Notes: generated by a model from the sequence alone, not told the origin. A DNA stretch of 64,000 bases from an uncultured Nitrososphaeraceae archaeon (GCA_963825865.1 CAWGVG010000003.1:160001-224000), one strand, 5' to 3'; counted from the stretch's first letter, positions 11,556 to 23,223 are shown. Translations and numbers: made by a program.

Positions 11556-13036
11556 TTAGTCCACTTGTCTGTCGTATGAAAGACATCGAAGGTATCAATC
11601 CAATCGAACCTGCTCTTCATCCAGGTATCTTCCTCTTCTTTGATCTTGGCAAATTCTATCTTCTTGGGGAGAAGGTGAAAAATTGCTGCAGCTATATCTA
11701 CATCTTTTGATGAGAAAGGCATCATTTCATTGATAAACGATGTGTCATAGCTTCCATGGATAAACCTCCTGTCATTTAGTGCCGATATATGGAAAGGTAT
11801 AGTTGATGGAATGCCTGAAATCCTAAAGGACAGAAGTGAGTTTTTCATCTTCTCTATTGCTTCGCCCCTATCGTTTCCAAAGCATATCAGCTTAGCTATT
11901 AGAGAATCGTAGAAGATAGGTATGTGGTACCCGGAATATAAAGCAGTATCGACTCTGATGCCCTCTCCTTCAGGAGCAATAACTTTCTTCACAGTTCCTG
12001 CAAAAGGAATAAAGCTCAAAGGATGCTCTGCATTTATTCGGCACTCTATTGCATGTCCTCTTGATTTTATTTCTCCTTGTTTTATGGCTAACCCCTTATG
12101 TAAAGCTATATTGAGCTGCTGTTCTACTATGTCCACTCCTGTAACCGCCTCCGTTATAGGGTGCTCCACCTGTATTCTTGCATTGACTTCCATGAAGTAG
12201 AACTTTCCATCCTTGAATAGGAATTCTACTGTACCAGCGTTCTGATAACCTATTTCTTTCATTACTGATATAGCAGTTTCGCTTATGTTCTTTCTCATTT
12301 CCTTTGTCAGAGCAGGGGAAGGTGTCTCCTCGATGAGCTTCTGATTGCGTCGTTGAATAGAACATTCTCTCTCTCCAAGATGAAGTACATTAGAATTATC
12401 CGCTATAATCTGTACTTCGATGTGTCTTGGATTTTCCATGTACCTTTCAATGTATATCCTATCTGAGCCAAAGCTAATCACAGCCTCATTCTTGGAGGAT
12501 GTCAAGGCCTTATTTAGCTCCTCTGAAGACTTGACTATCCTGAGACCTCTTCCTCCTCCTCCTTCTACTGCCTTTAGGATTACCGGATAGCCTATCTTCC
12601 CGGCGAGGCTCATGGCGTCGTTTTCATTCGACACCTCTTCTCCGTCAACAATTGGTGCGACTTTTGAAGCAATTTTTCTCGTTCGCACCTTGTCTCCAGA
12701 AAAAACCATAGCATCAATGGGAGGTCCTACAAAAATGAGTCCCTCTCTTTTACACAGCTTAGCAAACTTTGGGTTCTCAGAAAGGAATCCATAACCTGGG
12801 TGTATCAAATCACATCCAAGCCTTTTAGCAGCGTCAATTATCTTGTCAAGCCTCAGGTAACTCTCTGAGGGCATGGAGCCTCCAATGTTTATAGTTTCCT
12901 CACAATGCTTTGTATGAAGAGAATCCTTGTCCGCATCAGAATAAACACCACATGGATGTACGCCAAGCTTTCTGCAAGTCCTTGCGATTCTTATTACGAT
13001 TTCTCCTCTGTTAGCTATAAGCACCTTGTTGTGCAT
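11552..13036 (-). CDS. accC: Biotin carboxylase subunit of an acetyl/propionyl-CoA carboxylase
   Basis: KVLIANRGEI, IHPGYGFLSEN, GGGGRG, ERECSIQRRNQK, MEVNARIQVEHP. Confidence 0.95.
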   Translation of the reverse strand: MHNKVLIANRGEIVIRIARTCRKLGVHPCGVYSDADKDSLHTKHCEETINIGGSMPSESYLRLDKIIDAAKRLGCDLIHPGYGFLSENPKFAKLCKREGLIFVGPPIDAMVFSGDKVRTRKIASKVAPIVDGEEVSNENDAMSLAGKIGYPVILKAVEGGGGRGLRIVKSSEELNKALTSSKNEAVISFGSDRIYIERYMENPRHIEVQIIADNSNVLHLGERECSIQRRNQKLIEETPSPALTKEMRKNISETAISVMKEIGYQNAGTVEFLFKDGKFYFMEVNARIQVEHPITEAVTGVDIVEQQLNIALHKGLAIKQGEIKSRGHAIECRINAEHPLSFIPFAGTVKKVIAPEGEGIRVDTALYSGYHIPIFYDSLIAKLICFGNDRGEAIEKMKNSLLSFRISGIPSTIPFHISALNDRRFIHGSYDTSFINEMMPFSSKDVDIAAAIFHLLPKKIEFAKIKEEEDTWMKSRFDWIDTFDVFHTTDKWTK

Positions 13037-13052
13037 TACCTCAAATCAAAAT

Positions 13053-13076
13053 CATATGGAAGGCTTAAAACTTTTA
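13053..13076 (-). promoter_or_regulatory. Putative BRE/TATA promoter of accC
   Basis: Minus strand AAAAGTTTTAAGCCTTCCATATG about 20-40 bp upstream of the ATG; similar to the motif upstream of pccB. Confidence 0.45.
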
Positions 13077-13320
13077 GTCCAAGAGACATCTTCGGCTATT
13101 TCTGATCCTGTGGAAAAACTTAACTACCGAGGATAGCAAAATCACAAAAGGAAAAATTCGGTATTGGCTACAACATAGAATTCTGCTTGGCAAAGAGCAA
13201 CAATAAGTATTGCAGATATACTCTAATTAATGAGTCTATTGATATATTGATTGTAGTAGTAATGTGTACATGCAACTTAGTTTCTTGATTTTCAGATTGC
13301 TGCTCTCATATGACTATATA

Positions 13321-14367
13321 AGATCTCTTGCGTAATTAGCAAGCTATAGTCTAACACCCTACTTGTTTTAGCCGTCTTCTTAGATTGAAATGCTGTCAGA
13401 CTGTATAACTCTGAAGTTCAGGAGACCGGATATTATATCAGATACGTTATTGTACTTCCTTAATCTGTTTCTAAATTTAGTACCCATTATTCCAAACTTT
13501 TTGATTTTACATATGGTATGTTCTACTATGATCCTTAGCCTAGAATGATTCTTGTTGTAAGTTCTTTCATCACATGAAAGCAATGTACCCTTTTTCTTTT
13601 TGATACGAAGTACAGACTTTACAGTGGGAAAGTCCTTTTCAATGCCAAGATAACCAAGATCAACTATGTTTTCAACTTGTGATGGAGTTATAGAATGATT
13701 GTGTTTGTAAATGTCATAATCATGTTTTCTTCCACTTCTGTGACCTGTCTTATGCAGTATCAATCCTTCACTGTTTACCATCAATTGTGTCTTGACAGTA
13801 TGTTTCTTCTTTCTACCTGAATAGTAACTCTTCCTTCTTCTTTTGTTCTTAGGTCTTGGAATTTCTTGTTCTGTAGAGTCTATGAAAGCCTTGAATCCAG
13901 GAAAGTACTCTTCTACTTCATCTATAGTTCTTAATCTCCTAGTACGTTTGTATATCTTCTTTGGCAATGGAATACACTCCTTGATAAGTGGTTCCATCAT
14001 TGATATATCTCTACAAACATTGCTTTGATCAAGGTCAAACAGAAATCCTGATAATGTATATGTAATGTATAATCTGTAGTATACTAGAAGCATAACGAAT
14101 CTTTCTTTAACTTTAAGCTTAAATGGTCTACCAGCACCTATATCCCGTATTCTCGTCCTTGATAGAAGACGTCTTCTTTCGTGCTCTTCGTAGTTATGTT
14201 CAATTTCGTTACAAATGGATTCAAATTCAGATACAGTTACTCCGGTAAATGACCTGAATATCAAAGGTTTCTTACATAATTTGCTATAGGACATCAAAGA
14301 GCTTGTCAGATAGATATCCTATGTGAAGAGGAATATAGCTCTAAGCTTCTAATTACACAAGAGATCT
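13321..14367 (-). mobile_element. IS5-family (ISL2-like) insertion sequence, copy 2
   Basis: 19-bp TIRs AGATCTCTTG(C/T)GTAATTAG at 13321-13339 and 14349-14367; 3-bp ATA direct repeat on both flanks. Confidence 0.94.
13380..14297 (-). CDS. IS5-family DDE transposase, identical protein to copy 1
   Basis: Identical 305-aa translation in the ORF track. Confidence 0.93.
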   Translation of the reverse strand: MMSYSKLCKKPLIFRSFTGVTVSEFESICNEIEHNYEEHERRRLLSRTRIRDIGAGRPFKLKVKERFVMLLVYYRLYITYTLSGFLFDLDQSNVCRDISMMEPLIKECIPLPKKIYKRTRRLRTIDEVEEYFPGFKAFIDSTEQEIPRPKNKRRRKSYYSGRKKKHTVKTQLMVNSEGLILHKTGHRSGRKHDYDIYKHNHSITPSQVENIVDLGYLGIEKDFPTVKSVLRIKKKKGTLLSCDERTYNKNHSRLRIIVEHTICKIKKFGIMGTKFRNRLRKYNNVSDIISGLLNFRVIQSDSISI

Positions 14368-14430
14368 ATAATATATATCTTCAATTTTTTATGGGTTTAT
14401 TTTTTTTATGCTATAATAATAAGCTAAAAA

Positions 14431-15966
14431 CTAGACTGGTATATTGCCGTGCTTTCTCTTAGGCCTCTCTTCTCTTTTCCTGTATATGGACTTGAGCGCA
14501 GAAATCAGTCTTTCTCTTGTTTCCTTAGGTTCAATGACATCGTCTATGTAGCCTTTTGAAGCTGCAATATAAGGGTTGGAGAATTTCGTTTTATAATTTT
14601 CTACTAATTCAGTTCTTTTCTTTTCAGGATTCTTGGATGCTAATATTTCCTTCCTGAATATTATATTACATGCTCCTTGAGGTCCCATCACAGCGATTTC
14701 GGCGTTAGGCCAAGCAAAATTATAGTCTGCCCCTATATGCTTGCTATTCATAACGTCATAGGCCCCACCATAGGCCTTTCTTGTTATGACAGTAAGCCTT
14801 GGTACGGTAGCTTCTGAGAAGGCATAGAGGAGTTTTGCTCCATGCCTTATTATGCCTCCCCATTCTTGATTGGTACCAGGAAGGAATCCAGGTACGTCAA
14901 CTAATGCGATTAGTGGAATGTTGAAGCAATCGCAGAACCTAGTGAAACGAGCAGCCTTATCGCAGGAATCGATATCTAAAACTCCTGCGAGAACTGCCGG
15001 GTTATTTGCTACAATGCCTACTGAATTACCATCGAGTCTTGCAAATCCCACTATTATATTGCATCCCCAGTACTTCTGAACTTCTAGGAAATCCTCATTG
15101 TCGATAATTTTCCTGATTATCACTCCCATGTCATACGACATATTAGGATTCGAAGGAAGAATTGAGTTGAGCTCTTGAGGCTGCCTTCTGGGATTATCTT
15201 TTGGAGTTATGCGAGGCGGGTTCTCGAGATTATTGAAAGGAATGAACGAAAGAATCTTTCTGAGGACGCTAAAACATTGCTGTTCGTCCTCTACAATGAA
15301 GTGTGCTACGCCGCTTTTTTGGTTGTGGATCCAAGCTCCTCCCAGTTCATCAAAGCTCACATTTTCATTGGTAACCTCTCTTACGACATCAGGACCGGTG
15401 ACAAACATATGTGATGATTTGGTCATGATGATAAAATCTGTTATCGCAGGAGAATAAACAGCTCCGCCTGCACAAGGACCCATGATAAGAGATATCTGAG
15501 GGACAACTCCTGAGGCTTTCACATTCCTGTGAAAAATCTCAGCGTACCCAGCCAGACTAGCTACGCCTTCCTGAATGCGTGCTCCGCCTGAATCATTTAC
15601 GCCTATTATTGGCGCTCCTTGTTTTAACGCAAGATCCATCACTTTGCATATTTTGGAAGCAAATGCCCAGCCTAGAGAACCACCTATGACTGTGAAGTCG
15701 TCTGAAAAAGCAAAAGCCAGGCGGCCGTCAATTGTTCCATATCCTGCTACCACACCATCTCCAAGAACCTTTTTCTTTTCCATTCCAAAGTCATAGCATT
15801 CATGGGTCACAAAAGGATCAAGTTCTACAAACGTTTCGGAGTCAAAGAGTGCGTTCATCCTTTCAAATGCCGTCAGCTTTCCATTCTTTCTGTACTCCTC
15901 CTGTTTCTCCTTCCCTCCTCCTAGTAGATGCTGCTTCCGTTTTTCCTGCAGCTCTGAAAAGTCCAT
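14431..15966 (-). CDS. pccB: Acyl-CoA carboxylase carboxyltransferase subunit
   Basis: GDGVVAGYG, DSGGARIQEG, GPCAGGAVYSPA, DVPGFLPG, RKAYGGAY, KRKHGNIP. Confidence 0.95.
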   Translation of the reverse strand: MDFSELQEKRKQHLLGGGKEKQEEYRKNGKLTAFERMNALFDSETFVELDPFVTHECYDFGMEKKKVLGDGVVAGYGTIDGRLAFAFSDDFTVIGGSLGWAFASKICKVMDLALKQGAPIIGVNDSGGARIQEGVASLAGYAEIFHRNVKASGVVPQISLIMGPCAGGAVYSPAITDFIIMTKSSHMFVTGPDVVREVTNENVSFDELGGAWIHNQKSGVAHFIVEDEQQCFSVLRKILSFIPFNNLENPPRITPKDNPRRQPQELNSILPSNPNMSYDMGVIIRKIIDNEDFLEVQKYWGCNIIVGFARLDGNSVGIVANNPAVLAGVLDIDSCDKAARFTRFCDCFNIPLIALVDVPGFLPGTNQEWGGIIRHGAKLLYAFSEATVPRLTVITRKAYGGAYDVMNSKHIGADYNFAWPNAEIAVMGPQGACNIIFRKEILASKNPEKKRTELVENYKTKFSNPYIAASKGYIDDVIEPKETRERLISALKSIYRKREERPKRKHGNIPV

Positions 15967-15979
15967 AACTCCAGAATAA

Positions 15980-16004
15980 TATAAGGAAGCTTTAAAAACA
16001 TTTT
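15980..16004 (-). promoter_or_regulatory. Putative BRE/TATA promoter of pccB
   Basis: Minus strand AAAATGTTTTTAAAGCTTCCTTATA about 15-40 bp upstream of the ATG. Confidence 0.45.
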
Positions 16005-16454
16005 ACAGCACTTTGATTCATTCAACCTGTTATGTAGGCAAATCCGCAAATTTTATTAAATGATCCGTGGTACACAGTTTAATAATTATGCATTCAAAGA
16101 TCAACCACCTGTTAGCCGCAGCTTCTGTAAAGCAGATGGTACTGCAGACAAACGGCTCAGAGAGTATTGGATCTTGAACAACGACAAACTTTTTATGATA
16201 ATATTTGATCGTCATAACGTCATGATTTCGCAGAAGTCAGCGGTAGCAAAGTAGGAGAGATAATGCAGAAATACGTCAAAGTTAAATTTGCCATCCATGT
16301 GCTCTACAAGTTCAGCCAAATATGCTCTACAAGAAAAAGATATTTCGGTGAGTTTTCAGAAGGGCTTTAACTTAAGCTATTTGGATGGGGTAAGTCTAAT
16401 TATTAGTAATGGTATTTATGAAGGAGAAGATATACCACTAAATCATATCACTAA

Positions 16455-18109
16455 ATGTTTTCCAAGATTGTTGATATTGCGACCCCTCAGCTTGATATAA
16501 AAGATAACAGCATCATTGCAATTTCAGGCTTCAACATGGCCACAACTCCTGAATACTTAATCCTTGAATTATACAGGCGGTATAATGAACAAGGACATCC
16601 CAAGAATATATTTATAATCTCTGATGCTCTGCCTGCCGTACCCTGGAAGGGGGTTAGACCAAATCGCAGAAAGCTTATACAAACACCCAAATCAAGAATT
16701 TCTCAGAGGAGCTTTGATGCCCTTCTTGGGCTTTTCACCATGGCTTCAGAAGCTGGTGACAGATAACAGGATTGAATGTTACGGATGGCCTATAGGCATT
16801 ACTGCATATTGGTTCAGAGAGATAGGATCAGGAAGACCAGGTCTTTTAACAAAAATAGGTGTAGATACTTTTCTTGACCCAAGAAAAGAAGGTGCCGCAT
16901 TAAATGAACGTGCAAAGAGGAATGCTTCATGTAGAGTCAGTGTATTTGATATTGAAGGAGTAGATTATCTTTTATACCAAGCTCCAAAACCAAATTATGC
17001 TTTGATTAGAGCTTCTATATCTGACGAGAATGCTAACCTTTCAATGGAGGATGAGGGTTTGAGAGGAACTGTTCTTAGCATCGCCCAAGCCACAAAAGCA
17101 AGACCGCACCAGGGTACCGTTATCGCGCAGGTAAGATGGATAACAAAGTCCGGTACAATGAATCCAAGAGAGGTGGATGTTCCGGGTCCATTAGTAAATT
17201 ATGTCATAGTTGCTCCAAAAGAGTATCATTGGCAGAGTGGTACTATCGAATACGATCCTAGGATCTCATATAAGATAATGCCGCCTATGACAGAGAAGCT
17301 GTTAGAAGATTTCCTGCTCTCTAAAACACCATTGAAACAACATGAAAAAGTAATAGCCAGAAGAATTCTATTGGAGTTGATCAGGCTATTCGCAAATAAG
17401 CGAGCCCCTGTGTTAGTTAACCTAGGAATAGGAATTCCGGCTTTGATCTCATTAGTTGCGAGCTGAAGAGGACCTGACACAGTTCATCATAACGGTGCTC
17501 GAATCTGGTCCCTGGGGAGGACTTGCTCTGTCAGGAAATGACTTTGGTTTAGCGATAAGCCCTTTTGCCCTCTCGACTATACCCGACGTATTTTCTAGTT
17601 TCGAGGGAGGAATAATCGATGCTGCGTCTCTTGGCTTTCTACAAGTTGACAAAAAAGGAAATGTGAATCCGTCTATGTTACCTGATAAGATCTTCGGACC
17701 AGGCGGATTCCCAGTGATAGCTGGAGGGGCACCCAGAATTTACTTTGCAGGCTCATTCACTGCGGGAAAAAGTGAGATTAGTATCTCAGACAATAGGATT
17801 ACAATTTTACACGATGGGGCAATACCAAAGTTCATTGAAAGCGTCTTTAAAGTCGTATTTAGCGGATACCAAGCGCTAAAGTATGAACAAGAGATTCTCT
17901 ATATTACTGAAAGGGCAGTTTTTAGACTTACTGGGAGTGGAATAATTCTCGAAGAGGTTGCTCCTGGGATTGACCTAGACAAAGACATAACATCTAAGAT
18001 GGGTTTTAAGCCTATTATTGTAGAATCGCTAAAGGAGATGGACAAAAGAATATTTAATGATGGGAAAATGGGTATTAAAGATGAGATTATGCAGAAATTT
18101 AAGATGTAA
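16455..18109 (+). CDS. Family I CoA-transferase (YdiF/propionate CoA-transferase-like), two frameshifts
   Basis: GRPGLLTKIGVDTFLDPR, VNLGIGIP, catalytic VLESG, LQVDKKGNVN, YITERAVF, EVAPGIDL. Confidence 0.9.
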
Positions 18110-18461
18110 CTGTCATTAAGACATTTATCCTTATTACATATCCAGGTTATGTCCAATTAGAAATACAAATGATGATAAATAAGTTAACTCACCGTAAGCA
18201 ATGAATCCATTTTGCTAGCCCTTTGGCCACAATTTCTCACCACCAGGTCTTTTAAGGCAATCTTTTTTCTTGCTGGATAAATGTCGCTTACTGCTATTGC
18301 TGAGTCTGTAGCAACCAGATCATCTTTTTCAACGTCTATCACCAATATGGGAACAGTTATACTTCTTAGGACTATGTAGTTATTATCAACTTTCATTTTG
18401 TTTCCTAATTGTTTATGATCTGACGATGCAGATTTCTAGGAACATACACTTCAGTTGACTT

Positions 18462-18545
18462 TGGATTTCCAAGGTAAGAGTTTTAGGAAGTGTTTCTCGT
18501 GCAGTATCTGAAAATGCAAATTGCCCAGTGATGCTTGTTCATTAA
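18462..18545 (+). pseudogene. Universal stress protein C-terminal fragment
   Basis: LGSVSRAVSENANCPVMLVH*. Confidence 0.65.
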
Positions 18546-18735
18546 CTAAACAATATTTTCGTAGACTTAAATAAATTAAAAATATAAAGAATTAATAGTA
18601 AATAGTAAATTATTTTTGTAAATAAGTCAGAGCTAGCCATATTGAGATCCATTTATGATAATGATAATAATAATAGCCTCTTGAACAAGGAAAGTCTTAG
18701 GATTTTCTCTGAATTTACTGAGATTTTGACAAGAA

Positions 18736-19302
18736 ATGTACCCTGAATCTATGCCAGCATTACTCATAATATTGGCTGTAGCTTTGGCTAGAACGAGAAA
18801 AAATACTCAACTAATGAATTGGGATGAAATGGTAAATGCCGTTGATTGGAATATTGTAATATTGTTTGGTGGTGGTTTGGTACTTGGACTGGGAATAGAA
18901 AGCAGTGGCCTTGCAGCTTGGATGGGTGATCAGATATCTGCTAACTTTGGAACAACTGGATTGTTGAGTAATTCCAGTGCAATATTTGCTATAAGTGCAA
19001 TTATGGGCTTTGCTATGTCTTATTCTGCGTCTAATACTGCTTCAGCGGTGATCACATGTCCTCTAGCGGCTACACTTGCAATGGGCGCAGGATTAAACCC
19101 TATTCCACCTATAATCGCTGGAGCTTTGGCCTCTTCAATTTCAAGCTCAATTCCTTCCACTACTCCACCAATGGCAATTATTTATTCCTCAAGGGTTGTT
19201 CGCATATCAAGTATGTTTAAGACAGGTATGGTATCTGATTTGATCAGACTTGCAATATTGATTATTATTGGACCAATACTGATAGGCTTGGTATACAAGT
19301 AG
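18736..19302 (+). pseudogene. SLC13/DASS di-/tricarboxylate or anion symporter, C-terminal fragment
   Basis: VDWNIVILFGGGLVLG, ASNTASA, PSTTPPMAI motifs. Confidence 0.8.
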
Positions 19303-19606
19303 AATTACATAGGAAGCAGAAGAATGGTTTAATAACATTAAAGAGCAAACAAATGAATCGATTCAACTACGCTAAATGGTTATCCTTCACATACTTTATT
19401 TTTGATATATTGTAATCGTGTCTTGATTGTTAGATAGCTTGCATAATCACGATTGCATACAATGATAGCATACTTAGAGCATTTCTTCTTTCTGTAAAGA
19501 CCACTCATAGATAAAATAAAAGAACATCGAGTTATATCCTTATCTGTTAAATAAAAACATCATGTCTATATTTTTGGGATAGGCTCTTAGAAACTTTCCA
19601 ATCCAT

Positions 19607-20017
19607 CTATGTTGTAATGGGAATTTTTTTATCTATTGTGACAAACCTCTCATTTAGCTTTTCTCTTAATATGTCTTGTCTGGAAACTACCCCAATAAGT
19701 CTGCCATCATCTTCTACAACAGGTAACATATCAATTCTCTTTCTGTACATAATATCAATCATTTCATCTATAGTGGTGTCTTGATAGAGCTGCGCCCAGA
19801 GTCATTAGATCTTTTGCAGATATGTTGTCAAGATTCTTATCATCCTTTATTGCTTTCAAGAGATCAATAGTAGTAATAACGCCTGTTACTTTGCCCTGAT
19901 TATCAATTATCGGAAGACCATTAAATGTGCCGAGAACTATCCTTGTAGCAATTTCAATAGCAGTTGCATTTTCTTTAGTGCTACTATATTTACTGACATT
20001 ACATCATATGCATTCAT
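19607..20017 (-). pseudogene. CBS pair protein, frameshifted
   Basis: MNAYDVMS..GLPIIDNQGKVTGVITTIDL..LPVVEDDGRLIGVVSRQDIL. Confidence 0.75.
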
Positions 20018-20399
20018 ACCGATGACCCACTGCTTAATTCAATTTGCTTCACATTCTTATTAAAACTTTAACGATAGCGCACAGAATAGTTTTTGCTTTA
20101 TTTATCCAATCTTATCCTTTAATGGCACGGCAGTTAGATGCCCAAATTATATCATCAGTCCAAGGTACATTTTAATCTGTAAGTGGGATAATGAATCGAA
20201 TTAAAATAAATCCTAAGAGTAGTAATTCCTGAAATGCCCCCATCTGGTTTCTTTACCAACAGTCTTCTTACATACCTGTTTCTCATATACAATGCATGGC
20301 ACTGTATTCTAGCTATTAAAATGTGGCTAACATTATTTTCTAGAATATTATTATGTTACGAGAATCATTAATAAAAAATTTATAAGTTATGCAAAGATA

Positions 20400-21195
20400 A
20401 TTCCAGAGAGAGCAGAAAAACTGCTCTACGGCAGAGGATCGCCAGTAACGAACTTTACTGCCAAAGCAGGAAATATTGATATACAAAAGAAGTTTGATGG
20501 AGCCCTTCCTACAACAATATATCAAGCAGGCTTTTCTGAGGTATACGGTCAAAATCCGGACATTGATTCTACAGCATTGATAATTTCCACAACGTCTTGG
20601 ATTTTGGATAGATCCCTCAAAAATCAGGAGAATGAACAGAAACAACAGCGAAGAGGTTCTTTGTCTGGAGGTTCATCCGCATCACTCTCGTCTTCAGTCA
20701 TGGCACCAGAACAGTCATCAGATTATGTTTCTGCACTATTGTCAAAAGATGCTATAACGGATCAAGTTAGAGTTGCTGAGTTCGCCGTTCCTAGAATGCT
20801 CAAAGCTATAAGAGTACCTGAACAGCCGTGATCTTGATAATGATGGCATATTACAACAAAACTATAATGAAGACTGGATGGATACGGCGTTAAGAGCAAG
20901 TAAAATAGTTTACAGCCAAGCTTGCTGCATACTTGCTTTAAATGATCTTTCTTGTCTACTTTCAAAGCTTGGAAGGGATAAAGAAGCTGATAGAATGATC
21001 GATTTTATGGATAAAGCAATACATGGAGTCGAACAAAAATTATGGTCTGAGGAAGGTGGATGCTATATTGATTTGCAGTACTCAGAAAGTGCAGAAGGTA
21101 AACCATATAGACTATTAACTCAAGATGTATCACTCTACTTAATTGCGGTTTCACAGAATACAACCAATGATAGCCTACTAAGTGGTTGTATTTGA
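20400..21195 (+). pseudogene. Glycogen-debranching / amylo-alpha-1,6-glucosidase-like ((alpha/alpha)6) fragment
   Basis: EVYGQNPDIDSTAL, HNEDWMDTALR, KLWSEEGGCYID; internal deletions. Confidence 0.6.
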
Positions 21196-21196
21196 A

Positions 21197-21541
21197 ATGA
21201 AGCGATTAGACATAATAATTTCTCATGAGCACATAGCAGAAGTTAACGATACTCTTCACAGAAATAAAGTCGGCGGTATGACATTTTACGATATCAAAGG
21301 TAGGGGTCATTCAAAATATGAGCCAGTAGACGTTGGCAGAGGTATAAGGAGATATGTACCAGAATTTGGTTCTTGGACAAAGATTGAGGTAATTGTAGCT
21401 AATTCACAAGCAAAGAAGGTTGTTGGTTATATATTACATGTTGTAGGCACACATTCAGCTTCTGACGGCAAGATATTTGTCTACAATGTAGAAGAAGCTT
21501 ATGATTTACGGACAAAGAAAACCGCTGATAGAGCACTATAG
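21197..21541 (+). CDS. P-II family nitrogen regulatory protein
   Basis: GGMTFYDIKGRG, KIEVIV, DGKIFVYNVEEAYDLRT. Confidence 0.9.
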   Translation: MKRLDIIISHEHIAEVNDTLHRNKVGGMTFYDIKGRGHSKYEPVDVGRGIRRYVPEFGSWTKIEVIVANSQAKKVVGYILHVVGTHSASDGKIFVYNVEEAYDLRTKKTADRAL

Positions 21542-21841
21542 TGTTCATTTAAGAACATTGGGAAGGCATTATTTTTGTGATGTAAACTTCGAGCAGTCCA
21601 ATTAACAGTGCCGTTCAAATAGCACGATGGATCATCTTTTTGTCTGATAAGGCATTAAATAAATAAGATAGGTCGTGATAAGATCCTACATTCAAAAATA
21701 TTCTTGTTTTTTCATTCTATTTTTCACAAATTGCTTCGACAATTGATTTAGTAATTTAACTTTGAAATTGTAATGTATCATGATTTCATAAAAACATGGA
21801 GTACAAGTCAAGAACTAACTATTCCAAACTTGCTGCCTTAT

Positions 21842-22774
21842 TCAGGCTCGTTTAAAATATGTTCGTACAAATATGTCTAACATGGCAACTGCAAGACAGC
21901 ACACCTTATCTCCACCGCCATAGTATACATATAATTTATCATCAATAATACATGTACCGGTTGGGAAAACCACATTTTTGACATCGCCCTCCTTTTCGTA
22001 TGGCTCCTCAGGTTCTAAAATAGGCTTTTTAGTCCTGACTATTATTTTAACTGGATTGTCTAGATCAAGAAGTGCAGCGCCAGCTCTGTAAATTAAATCT
22101 CTATCTACACCATGATAAATTAAAAGCCAGCCGTGCCTAGTTTTTATCGGAGGAGGACCGGATCCGATTTTTAACTCTTCCCACTGTTGTTCTGGTTTTA
22201 GAAGGAGCGTGTGGTTTTCAAACTTTGAGAGAGACTTACCTTCGCCGATCCAAATACTCGGCTTATCGATGCCGATTCTTTGTCCAATCCAAGTTCTTGG
22301 CCTGTGTAAAAAAAAGTATTTTCCATTTATCCTTTCAGGAAAAATGACAACATCCTTATTATCTGACCCTTTGCTAGTAATGATTCCTAGTCGTGCATAG
22401 TTATCAAAATCAACAGTTGCAGCTAAAGCAGTTAACCCTACAGGTTGCTTTGATACATAGTCAGAAAGGACAACATAAGTAAAATATATCTGATTATCAA
22501 CCATTACTAGCCGGGGATTTTCTATTCCATATTTTTCATACTCTTGAGTGGATTCAAATGCAATTTGTTTTTTTCTCTCGAAGTTAAGACCATCAGTACT
22601 ATATGCATATCCTAATCTTGAAATGTATTGTTCATACTCTCCTATTGCCCTATAGAGCATGTGGATTTTATTTCCATCATATAGAACTGCAGGATTAAAG
22701 ACTGCTTTTGATTCCCACCAATTATCTTTATTCGGTAACAGTATTGGATTTTTCTTGTACCTTTCTAGAATCAC
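21842..22774 (-). CDS. GH130-like glycosidase/phosphorylase (5-blade beta-propeller)
   Basis: NPIL, AVFNPAV, LYRA, GIENPR, NKDVVIFP, KIGSGPPP, NVVFPTG, YYGGGD. Confidence 0.88.
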   Translation of the reverse strand: MILERYKKNPILLPNKDNWWESKAVFNPAVLYDGNKIHMLYRAIGEYEQYISRLGYAYSTDGLNFERKKQIAFESTQEYEKYGIENPRLVMVDNQIYFTYVVLSDYVSKQPVGLTALAATVDFDNYARLGIITSKGSDNKDVVIFPERINGKYFFLHRPRTWIGQRIGIDKPSIWIGEGKSLSKFENHTLLLKPEQQWEELKIGSGPPPIKTRHGWLLIYHGVDRDLIYRAGAALLDLDNPVKIIVRTKKPILEPEEPYEKEGDVKNVVFPTGTCIIDDKLYVYYGGGDKVCCLAVAMLDIFVRTYFKRA

Positions 22775-23223
22775 TTTTTGCTCTTTATGACCGCTTTATA
22801 TTCGAGACTCAATATTTAGACTTAGTTCTATGACGAGTTACTGGACTGGTTCTGTACTTAACTTAACTTTTCCATTTTTATTCTCTGAACGTATTTCCGA
22901 ATTTAACAAACCTAATCCATAGGTATTATCATTGGCATGCACAGTCAATCTACTAAAAATATGAAGGAATAAACGAAGCTCGCAAAGTCAAATAGTTCTT
23001 TGTTATTGCCACAATTCCATTTGCCTTTGTATAATTTCTTATTCAGAGGCAAGAGATTAAATGCAAATCCTTTCAATAAACGTGTAGACGAATATATTGA
23101 TGCTTTTCGATTTGATAGTATATGTTCTAGATATATGTTCTAACATGCAGATAACAACCGTTGCGTACTCTTATTGACAATACATTCCACATTATTATTA
23201 TTATTATTATTTTACTGACTGCA

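Noticed and set aside
8862-14367. Composite transposon that imported accC-accB
   Set aside because: The outer flanks share no TSD, copy 2 has its own ATA TSD, and pccB lies outside.
11041-15968. Short antisense ORFs over the acc, IS and pccB genes (and similar ones elsewhere)
   Set aside because: They are shadow ORFs opposite well-supported genes and carry no motifs.
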